From contig OZ241889.1 in the NCBI GenBank assembly GCA_965203355.1, forward strand, positions 2,592,001 through 2,656,000: DNA of 64,000 nucleotides, in the 5' to 3' direction. The translations under genes and the position numbers were made by a program. This stretch comes from Candidatus Latescibacterota bacterium. Lineage in GTDB: Bacteria; Latescibacterota; UBA2968; UBA8231. Under the pieces are notes generated by a model. It worked only from the letters and a program-made list of their open reading frames with translations, ran no database searches and was not told where the DNA came from. Within the stretch, counting starts at the first letter, position 1, and every line of letters starts with the position of its first letter. Below are positions 40,699 to 50,643 of the stretch, in pieces.

Positions 40699-41393
40699 TG
40701 AGCCGGGTGCTGGCGGCGCATCAGCCCAACTTCCTGCCTTGGCTGGGCTTGTTGCACAAGGTGGGGCAAGCCGACGTGTGGGTTTTGGCCGACGACGTGC
40801 AATACAGCCGCGGCAGCCTGACCAACCGCAACCGCATCCGCACGGCCACTGGCTGGCAATGGCTGACCGTGCCGGTGCTGACGCGGGGCCGGGGTCGGCA
40901 GCGGATATGCGATGTCCAGATCCAGTCCGACGGCGACTGGCGGCGCAAACACTGCCAAGCCCTGCGCTGGCACTACGGCCACGCGCCCTTTTTCGCTGCG
41001 TATGCCCCGGCGGTAGAGGACTTATACGCCAGAGAGTGGACTCAGTTGCTCGACCTAAACGTGGCCCTGCTGCGCCACCTGTTGACGCTGTTGGATTTGG
41101 CGATTGAAGTCCGCTTCAGCTCGCAGATGGACCTGCGGGACGAGCGGACCGGGCGCTTGGTGGATATGACCAAGGCGTGCGACTGCCAGGTATATCTGTC
41201 CGGGGAAGGGGCCTCGAAAGCGTATTTGGACGTAGAGGCGTTTGCTGCGGCCGGCGTTGAATGTCGCTTTACCCGTTTTGAACACCCGGTGTACCCCCAG
41301 TGTCACGCGGGTTTTGTCGCCGAGATGTCGGTGTTGGATTTGCTCTTTAACTGCGGACCGCAAAGCAGGGAGGTGCTCTTTGGCCGCGCCTGA
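40698..41393 (+). CDS. WbqC family protein
   Basis: HQPNFLPW, DDVQY, NRNRI, WLTVP, YPQ and LDLLFN motifs. Confidence 0.92.
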   Translation: MSRVLAAHQPNFLPWLGLLHKVGQADVWVLADDVQYSRGSLTNRNRIRTATGWQWLTVPVLTRGRGRQRICDVQIQSDGDWRRKHCQALRWHYGHAPFFAAYAPAVEDLYAREWTQLLDLNVALLRHLLTLLDLAIEVRFSSQMDLRDERTGRLVDMTKACDCQVYLSGEGASKAYLDVEAFAAAGVECRFTRFEHPVYPQCHAGFVAEMSVLDLLFNCGPQSREVLFGRA

Positions 41394-42537
41394 GGTGTAC
41401 CACCTGACGAATGTCCACAGCCCGTTTGACGTGCGGATTTTTTACAAGCAAGCGCAGACTTTGGCGCGGGCCGGCTACGCGGTGACGGTGGTGGGGCCCG
41501 GGCCGGAAGCGTGGTGCGGGGTGCGGGCCGGAGTGCGCGTGCAAACCGTGCCGGTGGCGCACGGGGCTGGCCAGCGGTTTGTGAACTTGTGGCGCTTGCT
41601 GCGCGTTGGGCTAGGGGCAAAAGCCGCTTGTTTCCACTTCCACGACCCCGAGCTGTTGCCGGTGGGGGCGGTGCTCAAGCTCTGCGGCCGCCGAGTCATC
41701 TACGACGTACACGAGCATTTCCCCCTGGTGGCGATGGTGCGACCCTGGGTGCCTGAGCGGCTGCGGCGGCCCCTCGCCCGGTTGGTCGATTGGGGCGAAC
41801 GCTTGCTTGCACGCTACTTTGTCACGGCTGTGGTCGGCGTGGTTGAAGAGCAAGGCGACCGCTTTGCCAGCCGTCCTTTTGCGGTAGTGAAAAACTACCC
41901 GCGCTTGGAGTGGTTTTCCCCCGGCGGCGAGGTCGGTCCTTGCTCCTTGGTCCACATTGGCTCGCTGTCTGAAGACCGGGGGGGGCTGTTCTTGCTCGAA
42001 ATTATGCGCGAGTTGGCCCAGATCTATCCGCAGGCCCGCCTCTTGAGCATCGGGGCGTTTCACTCGCCGGAGTTGCGGGAGCGGTTCGAGGCCCGGCGGC
42101 ACGCGTGGGGGCTGGAAGAGCAGGTCCACCACAGTGAAAAGCGCGTACCATACGACGAATTGGGAGCCGCGATCGCGGCGTGTCAGATCGGTTTGATTCC
42201 AGGGCAGATCTCGCCCAAGAATTTGGCCTCTTTCGCGCCGACTAAACTCTTTGAGTACCTCGCCTGCGGCTTACCCGTAGTCGCCAGTGATTTACCCTCC
42301 ATCCGCAGGTTTCTCGCGGTCGCGGATTGGGGACTGCTCGCCGACCCGCGCGACCCAGCCGCCCATGCGTGCGCCATCCGGTGCTTGCTCGCCGACCCGG
42401 TGGCCGCGCAGGCCAAGGCCGCGCAAGCGCGCCGCGCCGCCGAAGCGCATTTTAACTGGGAGGCCGAGGGCGAGAAACTGTTGGCATTCTACGAGCGGAT
42501 TGTACCGCGGAAAGGAGTTGGGCCATGCGTTGGTTAG
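41380..42537 (+). CDS. Glycosyltransferase family 4
   Basis: D.RIF, HFHDPEL, YDVHE and PTKLFEYLACGLPVV motifs. Confidence 0.9.
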   Translation: MAAPEVYHLTNVHSPFDVRIFYKQAQTLARAGYAVTVVGPGPEAWCGVRAGVRVQTVPVAHGAGQRFVNLWRLLRVGLGAKAACFHFHDPELLPVGAVLKLCGRRVIYDVHEHFPLVAMVRPWVPERLRRPLARLVDWGERLLARYFVTAVVGVVEEQGDRFASRPFAVVKNYPRLEWFSPGGEVGPCSLVHIGSLSEDRGGLFLLEIMRELAQIYPQARLLSIGAFHSPELRERFEARRHAWGLEEQVHHSEKRVPYDELGAAIAACQIGLIPGQISPKNLASFAPTKLFEYLACGLPVVASDLPSIRRFLAVADWGLLADPRDPAAHACAIRCLLADPVAAQAKAAQARRAAEAHFNWEAEGEKLLAFYERIVPRKGVGPCVG

Positions 42538-43337
42538 CCATGGGTTTGTTGGCCTGGTGTTGGGCCGGTGCGGTCTGGGCCGGGGCTTGGAGCCAGCCGC
42601 GTGGGGGGTTCTACGCCAAGCTCTCGGGCATCCACTACTCGACCACTGAAGTGTTTAACGACATGGGCAAACGCGCCGCCATGGGCATGGACGATAATCA
42701 ATTCCGCGCCCGCCAAGTTCTGGCCTACGGCGAGTACGGGTTGCTCGAGCGGTTGACGTTGACCGGGCAAGTCGGGGCGGGGCGGCTGGTGTCTGAGGAT
42801 ACCTTTGTCGAGCGCATCACTTGGGGGCTGGGCGACGTGCATTTCGGCGCGAAATACCAGATCACTAGGGGCCGGCTGGTGTTGTCGCCGCAGGTTGATG
42901 TCGCGTTCCCCAGCGGATACGACCGAACGTACGACCCGGCCCTGGGCACCGGTTATTCCGCCCAAGGGGCGCGGCTCTTGGCCGGGTTGTCGCTCTATCC
43001 GCTGCCGCTCTACGCAGGTGCCGAGATGGGATACAAGGTGCGCGGCGGTCCGTTTTCCAATCAGGTGTCCTACTTTGTCGAGTTGGGGGCTACGCCGCGT
43101 CCGTGGCTGTTCGCCAAGGGCTTTGTCTCCCAAGTGTACACGCGCGCGGCCGACTCGGAGGGTGGACAGGTGGGCGTAGTGCAGGTTTCCGAGGGCGATT
43201 TTGCCGAAGTAGGTGGCAATGTGGCCGTACAGGTGGCTGGCCCGCTGTGGATCGACTTGTTGTGGAAGTCGGTTTTCAGGGGCGAGAACATCGGAGCCGG
43301 GTCGTCGTTGGGCCTAGGGCTAGTCCTCATTCGCTAA
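42525..43337 (+). CDS. Secreted, probable outer-membrane beta-barrel protein
   Basis: Signal peptide, GAW motif, YGEYGL, alternating beta-strand pattern. Confidence 0.65.
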   Translation: MRWLAMGLLAWCWAGAVWAGAWSQPRGGFYAKLSGIHYSTTEVFNDMGKRAAMGMDDNQFRARQVLAYGEYGLLERLTLTGQVGAGRLVSEDTFVERITWGLGDVHFGAKYQITRGRLVLSPQVDVAFPSGYDRTYDPALGTGYSAQGARLLAGLSLYPLPLYAGAEMGYKVRGGPFSNQVSYFVELGATPRPWLFAKGFVSQVYTRAADSEGGQVGVVQVSEGDFAEVGGNVAVQVAGPLWIDLLWKSVFRGENIGAGSSLGLGLVLIR

Positions 43338-43347
43338 GGGAAATGCC

Positions 43348-44496
43348 ATGAACAGATCAACTAGACGTCAGTTTCTCAAGTCGAGCGGGGCGGTCCTTGC
43401 CACCGCGATCTTCCCTACGTGGGGTTGCGACGGTAATGAAGTGCGCTTCAAGCGCATGCCCACCGGGCCGGATATGGACGTTATGGACGATCTAGCCGAG
43501 GTACCCGCGGAAGAAGCACTACCGCTGCCGCCCATTACTTCTAATGCGCGGCACTACCTCCAGTCGATTAACGGGAAAAATTACGACCCCAAGGTCGCGG
43601 CCGATAGCTGGCGCTTGGCGGTGAATGGGTTGGTGGACCAGCCTCGGGCGGATTGGACCTATGCGGATATTACCGCGCTGCCCATGCAGCGGCAGGTCTT
43701 GACCATGCAGTGCATTGGCAACTGGATCGGCGGCCCCTTGGTGGGCAATGCCGAATGGGGCGGTACGCCGCTGTCCGAGGTTCTCGACCTAGCCGGGATC
43801 CAGAGCGCGGCCATCCGGGTCAAGTTTTACAGCGTCGATGGCTATACTACGTCGATTCCGCTGGATCGCGCACTCCGCGACGAGGTGATCCTCGCTTGGG
43901 AGATGAACGGGGAGCCGCTGCCTTCCAAGCACGGATTTCCCCTGCGTTTGATAAATCCCGGGCACTACGGCCAGAAGATGCCCAAGTGGATTACGCGCAT
44001 TGAGCTGATTGACGAGGTTTATCTCGGCTATTGGGAAAGCAAGCCCGAAAACAAGCCTTTCAAGTGGTCGGACGAGGCCGTGGCAACCGTGAACTCGCGG
44101 ATTGACGCGCCCTTATCGGTGTGGGACGATGTAAAGGACCCGGCCAACGGCGGCGTTTCAGTGGTGTTGCAAACCCTGCGCGGGGCCGAAGGTCGGCCTT
44201 TTGTCATCCACGGCATTGCCATGGCCGGTGAGCGCACGATAGAATCGGTCGAGGTCAGCACCAACGGCGGGCGGTCTTGGGCTGAGGCGCAGATTACCAC
44301 GCAGCGGTTGCCCAACATTTGGGTCACGTGGGCTTACGAATGGAAATTGCCCGCGGCGGGCGAGTACGAGATCGTCGTGCGGGCAACGGATAGTGCGGGC
44401 GATCGGCAGCCGAGGACCGACGCGGGTGCCGATCTGTACGATGGCCGCACCGGCTGGCATCGCGTCCGGGTGAAAGTCGCCACTAGAGCCGGGTGA
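43348..44496 (+). CDS. Tat-exported sulfite-oxidase-family molybdoenzyme (lipoprotein)
   Basis: RRQFLK, WGC, QCIGN, GNAEW.G, HGFPLRL, KW and VRATD motifs. Confidence 0.9.
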   Translation: MNRSTRRQFLKSSGAVLATAIFPTWGCDGNEVRFKRMPTGPDMDVMDDLAEVPAEEALPLPPITSNARHYLQSINGKNYDPKVAADSWRLAVNGLVDQPRADWTYADITALPMQRQVLTMQCIGNWIGGPLVGNAEWGGTPLSEVLDLAGIQSAAIRVKFYSVDGYTTSIPLDRALRDEVILAWEMNGEPLPSKHGFPLRLINPGHYGQKMPKWITRIELIDEVYLGYWESKPENKPFKWSDEAVATVNSRIDAPLSVWDDVKDPANGGVSVVLQTLRGAEGRPFVIHGIAMAGERTIESVEVSTNGGRSWAEAQITTQRLPNIWVTWAYEWKLPAAGEYEIVVRATDSAGDRQPRTDAGADLYDGRTGWHRVRVKVATRAG

Positions 44497-44505
44497 GTGG
44501 CGCGT

Positions 44506-44793
44506 TTATTCCGGGGGGAACCAGTCTTGTATCTTGTCGCAGATCGCGTGCGCTTGCTCGGTGCTTGATATGTCGAATTTGCTGCGTTGCAGAAAAGTGC
44601 CATCGCGCTTTTGGTAACGGCGAATGGATATTTTTTGCGGGCCGTACTCGCCGGTTTTGCGGTCGAGGTCTTGGTAGAGGAACATAATCGTCGCCCAAGC
44701 TCCCTTGCTGAGCACTTCTTTGGCTACTTCTTTGCGCAAGGTTTTGCCGTCTTCTTCGTAGTGGATGGTGAGTTCGTCAATCGTCTCGGCCAT
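44506..44793 (-). CDS. Small hypothetical protein
   Basis: Natural-looking 95-aa ORF (SKGAWATIMF, RRYQK). Confidence 0.7.
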   Translation of the reverse strand: MAETIDELTIHYEEDGKTLRKEVAKEVLSKGAWATIMFLYQDLDRKTGEYGPQKISIRRYQKRDGTFLQRSKFDISSTEQAHAICDKIQDWFPPE

Positions 44794-44873
44794 GGTTAAA
44801 CCTTGTTTTGGGTTAAAGGTTGGTGTGCGTGTGTTAGCGGTTGATAGGCAAAAGTGGTCTGATTATCGGAGCA

Positions 44874-44978
44874 TCATCCCGTTTTGAGATTGCCGACAAT
44901 ACGAGCAATGTTCTCTGGATCGTGACTGTCTATTAATGGTTTTTTATCGCCAAACAACCAACGCCGAAAATGAGACAT
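44874..44978 (-). other. Short ORF or gene remnant (34 aa)
   Basis: AAGGA RBS followed by MSHFRRWLFGDKKPLIDSHDPENIARIVGNLKTG*; low GC. Confidence 0.3.
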
Positions 44979-45035
44979 TTCCTTTCAGGCCAATTGATCC
45001 AATGTGTTGTGTTTGATTGGTAAGATAAACGCTTA

Positions 45036-46034
45036 TCAAGAATTCTCGATAAGCGGCAGGTCGCAAACAACGTCAATCCGGTCAATTCTGCATGGCTCAT
45101 CTTCTTGGAGTCTGAGCCAGAAAACGTTTTCGTAACCCTCATCGATTGCCGCTAACTCTAAGTACGTCCGCCACAATAATCCTGCGTCAGTGTGATAGAG
45201 CCATGATGTGCCAAGTTCATATAGAAATTGAGCCTTTTGATTTGCACTTTGCTCTTCCTCTGAGAATAGCTCAGAATGATGTACTGGAAGTGAATCATCG
45301 AAGTCCATCCAACCTGCTTCTTCAGTACTGTCAGCAGGAATGTGCATTGTTGCTTTAACACAAGTTTTAAGGCTATCCCAAATTAAAAAATAATCCTCAA
45401 TAGGATCTACAGTAATAATGCGTTCCGGATCTCCTCCCAAGAAAGCGTTGTGTTTTCGAGCAACCAATTTACGAACCTCGTAAGTAAGGCCCCATATATT
45501 TTGCAGGCGATCTCGGACATCGCTGGAAAGCTGAAAGTCAAAATTGAGCAGAAGGGGCAAGGGCGACGATTCAAAAAGTTTGTTAATATCCCTTTCAAGA
45601 CATGAAAGAGCACTCAGATCGACCCCGTCCTTAGATATCGCTTTTTGGAGTGCATATTTTAATGCCTCCCGAAGATTGTTTTCAGCAACTTGCATATCTA
45701 TGCGCTCAACCTTTTCTCTGATATAATCAATTTTATGCTCAATACGGCTTACCGTTTCTTGTAGTATGTCCATTTTATCGTGAAGGGCACGGACTTGGTA
45801 CGCGATGTACCCAGAAACCGCCAGATTCAAAAAGGAAGAGATGAGATTGACCCCACTCAGGCCGACGGATAGGCCCGATGCACCCGCCCCGGTAAAAGAA
45901 GCGACTGAGGGGCTATCTGGCGGTAAGTAGGCAATGTTACTCGGGTTAAAAATCGGCCCGTTTTGCCCCATCACTTGATAAGCGAGTCGGCCGGACTGCC
46001 CCGGCCCTAATTGGTCAAAAGGTACTGTATTCAT
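45036..46034 (-). CDS. Low-GC hypothetical protein with hydrophobic segment and coiled coil
   Basis: 332-aa ORF in AT-rich DNA; GAGGA RBS. Confidence 0.75.
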   Translation of the reverse strand: MNTVPFDQLGPGQSGRLAYQVMGQNGPIFNPSNIAYLPPDSPSVASFTGAGASGLSVGLSGVNLISSFLNLAVSGYIAYQVRALHDKMDILQETVSRIEHKIDYIREKVERIDMQVAENNLREALKYALQKAISKDGVDLSALSCLERDINKLFESSPLPLLLNFDFQLSSDVRDRLQNIWGLTYEVRKLVARKHNAFLGGDPERIITVDPIEDYFLIWDSLKTCVKATMHIPADSTEEAGWMDFDDSLPVHHSELFSEEEQSANQKAQFLYELGTSWLYHTDAGLLWRTYLELAAIDEGYENVFWLRLQEDEPCRIDRIDVVCDLPLIENS

Positions 46035-46118
46035 TAGCTTTTCCTCGCAGTTAAATGTGATTGATCGTCAGACAAACATACGCAGAATAAAGCTAAAAGA
46101 CAACGCCAAGAGCCGCTT

Positions 46119-49100
46119 ATGAAGCTGGACATTCAGGATAAATTTCTACAACGCGAGGGACGGGTCTTTCTCACCGGCGTGGAGGCGATTGTGCGCCTCG
46201 TGCGCGAAAAACAGGAGCGCGACCAAGCCACCGGCCACGTCAACCAAACCTATTTCACCGGCTATGAGGGGTCGCCGCTGGGCGGGCTGGATATGAAGAT
46301 CGTCGCCCAACTCGAAATGCTCAACGAACTGGGCCGCACGGTGCATCAGTTTGGCATCAATGAGAAAACCGCGGCCTCGGCCATGTTGGGCAGTCAGTTT
46401 GCGGCGAGTGGGGATGTGGATGCCTTTTGGTACGGCAAGGCGCATGGCACGATGTGGATTCCCGACGAGGTGTGGTTGGCCAACCTCAGCGGCACGGGCG
46501 CACGCGGCGCGATGGTCTTGCTGTCGGGAGAAGATCACCGCTCCAAGAGCTCGGTCTCGCCTGGGGCCAGCGATTGGGTGTTGCGCAGTAGCATGGTGCC
46601 GATCTTTTATCCCGCTAGCGTTGAGGACGTCATTCGCTTGGGGCTGCATGCGGTGGCTCTGTCGCGCCACGCGGGCGTAGTAACCGCGCTCAAGCTGGCG
46701 ACGCCGGTGTGCGATGGAGCGAGCACGGTTGACTTGGCCTCGGTGCGGCCCGATATCGCCTTGCCCGAGCGCGCGTTTGTCAAGCGCTTCAACCAGATCG
46801 TCATGGCCACGGGCGCCTTGCCCATGCAGCGGCAACTCGTGGAGGAAAAGTGGCCGCTAGTGGAAGCATACATCCGCGCCAACGACCTCAACCGCATAGT
46901 GGATGCGGATGCGGGCGGTGGGGTTGGCATTGTGGCGGTGGGCAAAAGCTATGCGGACGTGCGGCAGGCCCTCGGCTATTTGGGGCTGCGCGTACCGGTG
47001 TTGCACCTCGCAGTGAGCTATCCGCTCGACTGCGAAATTGTGCGCACCTTCGCCCGTGGACTGCGGCACATCTACGTGGTCGAGGAGCCAGGCCCTTTTG
47101 TCGAAGAGGGCGTTAAAGCCGCGCTGTGGGGAACGGCGGTGGAGGCGGTGTACGGCCAGTGGGACGCGGACGGCCAGCCGCTGATCCCGGCGCATGGCGA
47201 AGTGGATCCCGAGGTCTTGGCGCTCAAGCTAGGTCCGCGTCTGGGGGCTGCCGCCGAGCGTCGCGCCGCGCTCCAGCGCGTACTCGACCGCCCCTATCCG
47301 GCGGTGCCCGGCGTCACGCCTATGTCCTGCGGCGGCTGTCCGTACAACAGCTTCCGCGACTTGCGCGAAAAGCCGGGAGGGGCCATTGGCTGCTCGTCCA
47401 TCCGGGCGATTGAGGCCTATGACTCGGGCGTCCTCTACATCCCCACGATGGGGGCTGGCGGCTCCATTTACAGCGGTTGGGCTCCCTTCAACGGCAATCA
47501 GCACATCTACCAATACTTGGGCGACGGAAGCTATTTCCACAGTGGCCGCGGCGCGATCCAAAGCTGCGTCCAAGGCGAGGTGAACATCACCTTTCTACTG
47601 CTTTTCAATGGCGCGGTCGCGCTCACGGGTGGGCAGATGCCCGGCGGGCAACGGCCGGTGTCGGATGTCGTGCAGGAGCTTTTGGGGTTGGGGGTCGTGA
47701 AGGTGGGGATCGTCAGCGAGGATCCCGCACGCTATCGCCATTTGGACGGGGAGCGGATCGAGGTGTTCGGCTTGGCGCGCCACGCCGCCGCCCTCGAGCA
47801 GTTTAAGCAGATTGCCGGGACGACCGTGCTCATCCTCGACAAGGAATGCGCGACCGAGAAGGGCCGCCGTCGCCGCCGTCAGGGTTTGACGCCCGACGAG
47901 TACGTGCTCATCGACGAGGCCATTTGCGAGGGCTGCGGCGACTGTTACGCCCAGTCCGAAGGCTGTGCCGCGCTCTACAGCGTGGCGACCGAGTTCGGCG
48001 ACAAGACGCAGGTGCGGCAGGCCCAGTGCGCCCAAGATGGACTGTGCATCGACGGCGAATGCCCTTCCTTTGCCGTGGTCAAGCCGGCCAAGGGCACGCG
48101 CCTGCGCCGCCGCCGTCCAGAGCCTTTGCCCGAGCTGCCCGAGCCGCCGGAGTCCCCGCTGGACCGACCATACGCGATCTTCGCCATGGGGCGCGGCGGG
48201 ACGGGCGTGGTGACGATTTCCCATCTCATTGCCTATGCGGCCATGATGGAGGGCAAATACGTGTATTTGTCCAACAACACCGGCTTGGCGCAAAAGGGCG
48301 GGCCGGTCGAAGCACCCATTGTGATCAGCGCGGCCGAGCAGCCGGTGTTCAACCGCCTGTTCCCCGGGGAGGTCGATCTGTACTTGGGGTTTGATCTGCT
48401 GCGGGCGGCCGAGCCGGACAACCTCAAATACGCCGCGCCCTGGCGCACTCGCGCCTTGGTCAGCACCACTGAAATCGCCACTGCGGCGATGAATCGCAAC
48501 CCGCGCACCCAGCCCTTTCCCGCCGCGGCCCAACTGTGCGCCTTGATCGACCGCTGCACGAGCAAAGACAACATCTACCTCGATACCTACTGGCTGGCCG
48601 AGCGGCTTTTTTCGGATGCGATTTTCGCCAACATGCTCCTGTTGGGCGCGGCGTATCAGGCCGGGGTGTTGCCGCTGCAAGCGGCCTCTATTGAACAGGC
48701 CATAAGGCTCAACGCGCAGGCCGTAGAAAACAATATCCAGGCTTTTCGCTGGGGGCGACTGGCCGTGGCCGATCCGGCGCGGGTGGAGCGGATGTTGGGG
48801 ACTCAGCAAGGGGCTGCGGACCAAGTGTTGGCCGAGGTAAAGGAGCGGCTGGTGCCCGACGCGGGTGCGCGGGCCCTGCTCGACGAGGGGTTGGCTGCGT
48901 TGGTGGATTTGAATGCGGAGGGGCAGAAGGAGTTGGGGGTGCGGCTGGCCGAACTGTGTGCGTATCAGGACGTCGCCTATGCTCGGCGCTACTTGGCGTT
49001 TGTGCGCCGAGTGGGGGAAGCGGATCGGCGCTTGTCGCACGGCTTGCAGTTCACGCGGGCCGTGGTGCGGGGTCTGTACAAGCTAATGGCGTACAAGGAC

Positions 49101-49544
49101 GAATACGAGGTTGCGCGGTTGGCCACGCGCCATGGCAGCGAAGAGCGGATGCGTGCCCGGTTCGACGGTGCGGTGGAAATCGTCCGGCAGCTACACCCGC
49201 CCACGCTGCGGCGCTTGTTTAAGGGCAAGATCGGCTTCGGGCGCAAGTTGCGTCCGGCGTTGGTCCTGCTGAGCCGGCTGAAGGGGTTGCGCGGTACGGC
49301 CTTCGACCTCTTCGGGCACACGGCAGCGCGGCGTTTGGAGCGCGAACTGATTGGTTGGTACTGCGGGTTGATCGAAGAAATTTTGCCAGCACTAACCGAA
49401 GAAAGCTATGGGCTGGCCGTGGAAATCGCCGAATTGCCAGACGGCATTCGCGGGTACGAGCAGGTAAAAGAGGCGTCGGCTATTCAAGCTAAGCAGCAGG
49501 CGGAGCGCTTGTTGACGGAGTTGCGCGCTCAGGGCGCTTCTTAG
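46119..49544 (+). CDS. Fused indolepyruvate ferredoxin oxidoreductase-family protein
   Basis: GYEGSPLGG, CGGCP, GDGSYFHSG (TPP), CEGCGDC, G.GGTGVVT, GLAQKGG and LMAYKDEYEVARL motifs. Confidence 0.92.
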   Translation: MKLDIQDKFLQREGRVFLTGVEAIVRLVREKQERDQATGHVNQTYFTGYEGSPLGGLDMKIVAQLEMLNELGRTVHQFGINEKTAASAMLGSQFAASGDVDAFWYGKAHGTMWIPDEVWLANLSGTGARGAMVLLSGEDHRSKSSVSPGASDWVLRSSMVPIFYPASVEDVIRLGLHAVALSRHAGVVTALKLATPVCDGASTVDLASVRPDIALPERAFVKRFNQIVMATGALPMQRQLVEEKWPLVEAYIRANDLNRIVDADAGGGVGIVAVGKSYADVRQALGYLGLRVPVLHLAVSYPLDCEIVRTFARGLRHIYVVEEPGPFVEEGVKAALWGTAVEAVYGQWDADGQPLIPAHGEVDPEVLALKLGPRLGAAAERRAALQRVLDRPYPAVPGVTPMSCGGCPYNSFRDLREKPGGAIGCSSIRAIEAYDSGVLYIPTMGAGGSIYSGWAPFNGNQHIYQYLGDGSYFHSGRGAIQSCVQGEVNITFLLLFNGAVALTGGQMPGGQRPVSDVVQELLGLGVVKVGIVSEDPARYRHLDGERIEVFGLARHAAALEQFKQIAGTTVLILDKECATEKGRRRRRQGLTPDEYVLIDEAICEGCGDCYAQSEGCAALYSVATEFGDKTQVRQAQCAQDGLCIDGECPSFAVVKPAKGTRLRRRRPEPLPELPEPPESPLDRPYAIFAMGRGGTGVVTISHLIAYAAMMEGKYVYLSNNTGLAQKGGPVEAPIVISAAEQPVFNRLFPGEVDLYLGFDLLRAAEPDNLKYAAPWRTRALVSTTEIATAAMNRNPRTQPFPAAAQLCALIDRCTSKDNIYLDTYWLAERLFSDAIFANMLLLGAAYQAGVLPLQAASIEQAIRLNAQAVENNIQAFRWGRLAVADPARVERMLGTQQGAADQVLAEVKERLVPDAGARALLDEGLAALVDLNAEGQKELGVRLAELCAYQDVAYARRYLAFVRRVGEADRRLSHGLQFTRAVVRGLYKLMAYKDEYEVARLATRHGSEERMRARFDGAVEIVRQLHPPTLRRLFKGKIGFGRKLRPALVLLSRLKGLRGTAFDLFGHTAARRLERELIGWYCGLIEEILPALTEESYGLAVEIAELPDGIRGYEQVKEASAIQAKQQAERLLTELRAQGAS

Positions 49545-49699
49545 ACAACGAAAAGGAGCATCAGGGTTCGCGATGCGATTTATTCTGCTATTCATCCACT
49601 ACATCACCCTGTTGGTCGCTGGAAAATAGATACTCGGCTGGCTGTGCTCTGCGGTCGTGCACGGTCGCGTTGGCATAGTGTCGCTACGACCACTGATCG

Positions 49700-50242
49700 C
49701 TAGTATAAAGCTCCATACTGACGCAACATCTTCGTCATCTTGCTGTTGTACCTCGCGGAGCGTAACGGCGTTCCGCCGTGGTTGGCTCTGGCGTTTGGGT
49801 CTGCGCCATGCTCAAGCAACATCTTTGCGGTCTTGATGGCTTTAACCACTATTGCGGTGTATAACGGCGTCCAGCCGTCGTCGTTTTTGGCGTTTGGGTC
49901 TGCGCCATGCTCAAGCAACACCTTCGCGGTCTTGGTGGCGTTCTCAAGTGCTGCGTAGTGTAACGGCGTCCGGCCGTCGTCGGCTGTGGCGTTTACGTCT
50001 GCGTCATGCTCAAGCAACACCTTCGCGGTCTTGATGGCGTTGTTCACTGCTGCCCGGTGTAATGGCGTTATGCCGTTGTTGGTTTGAGCGTTTGGGTCTG
50101 CTCCAAATACAAGCAAGACCTTCGCGGTTGTGCTGGCGTCGTTCTCTGCTGCCCGGTGTAACCGTGTCTTGCCGTCGTTGTCTTGGGCGTTACATCCTAT
50201 GCTTCCGACAATCAACGTTGCGATTAGTAGGCTTCTGCTCAT
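49700..50242 (-). CDS. Ankyrin-repeat lipoprotein
   Basis: SIGC lipobox; about 5 repeats of G.TPLH.AA...KTAKVLLEHGADPNA (99-bp DNA period); AAGGAG RBS. Confidence 0.92.
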   Translation of the reverse strand: MSRSLLIATLIVGSIGCNAQDNDGKTRLHRAAENDASTTAKVLLVFGADPNAQTNNGITPLHRAAVNNAIKTAKVLLEHDADVNATADDGRTPLHYAALENATKTAKVLLEHGADPNAKNDDGWTPLYTAIVVKAIKTAKMLLEHGADPNARANHGGTPLRSARYNSKMTKMLRQYGALY

Positions 50243-50530
50243 GCCTTCGTCTCCTTCGGTTGTTGGTGTCCAGCTATCCGCAAGCTGGTTGCCAGCTTCA
50301 AGCTGCCTTCGGTGCTGGCTGTCAATGTCCAGTTATCCGCTCGGCCTTCGTCCGGCGGTGCTGGCTGTCGATGCTGTGCCAGCTACTCCGGCCTTTGCCG
50401 GCGTCCTTCTGAAAGGCACCTTCTTCATTAAGTGCCTAGCTTGTCTCGCCTCTCTGGGTTTGCAAGTCCTCACTCGTTACCATCCCTCTGGTAGTGATGC
50501 CTTGCTACTTCTAAAAGCGAGACATACGGC

Positions 50531-50608
50531 CTTTAGGCCGATGCGCGTACGCGCAAATGTCGTCTCTCGCTTTAGGCCGATGCGCGTACGCGCAAATGTC
50601 GTCTCTCG
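50531..50608. repeat. Exact 39-bp tandem duplication containing a 14-bp palindrome
   Basis: CTTTAGGCCGATGCGCGTACGCGCAAATGTCGTCTCTCG x2. Confidence 0.92.
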
Positions 50609-50643
50609 GTGATTTACTATTTTTTCCGTCCTTTGTTTGCGTG

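Noticed and set aside
47595-49040. 481-aa antisense ORF and many similar shadow ORFs
   Set aside because: They lie opposite well-supported genes, have no motifs, and are expected in high-GC DNA
50531-50608. Possible mini-CRISPR or integron attC site
   Set aside because: Two abutting copies with no spacer, no clear RYYYAAC/GTTRRRY ends, and no integrase
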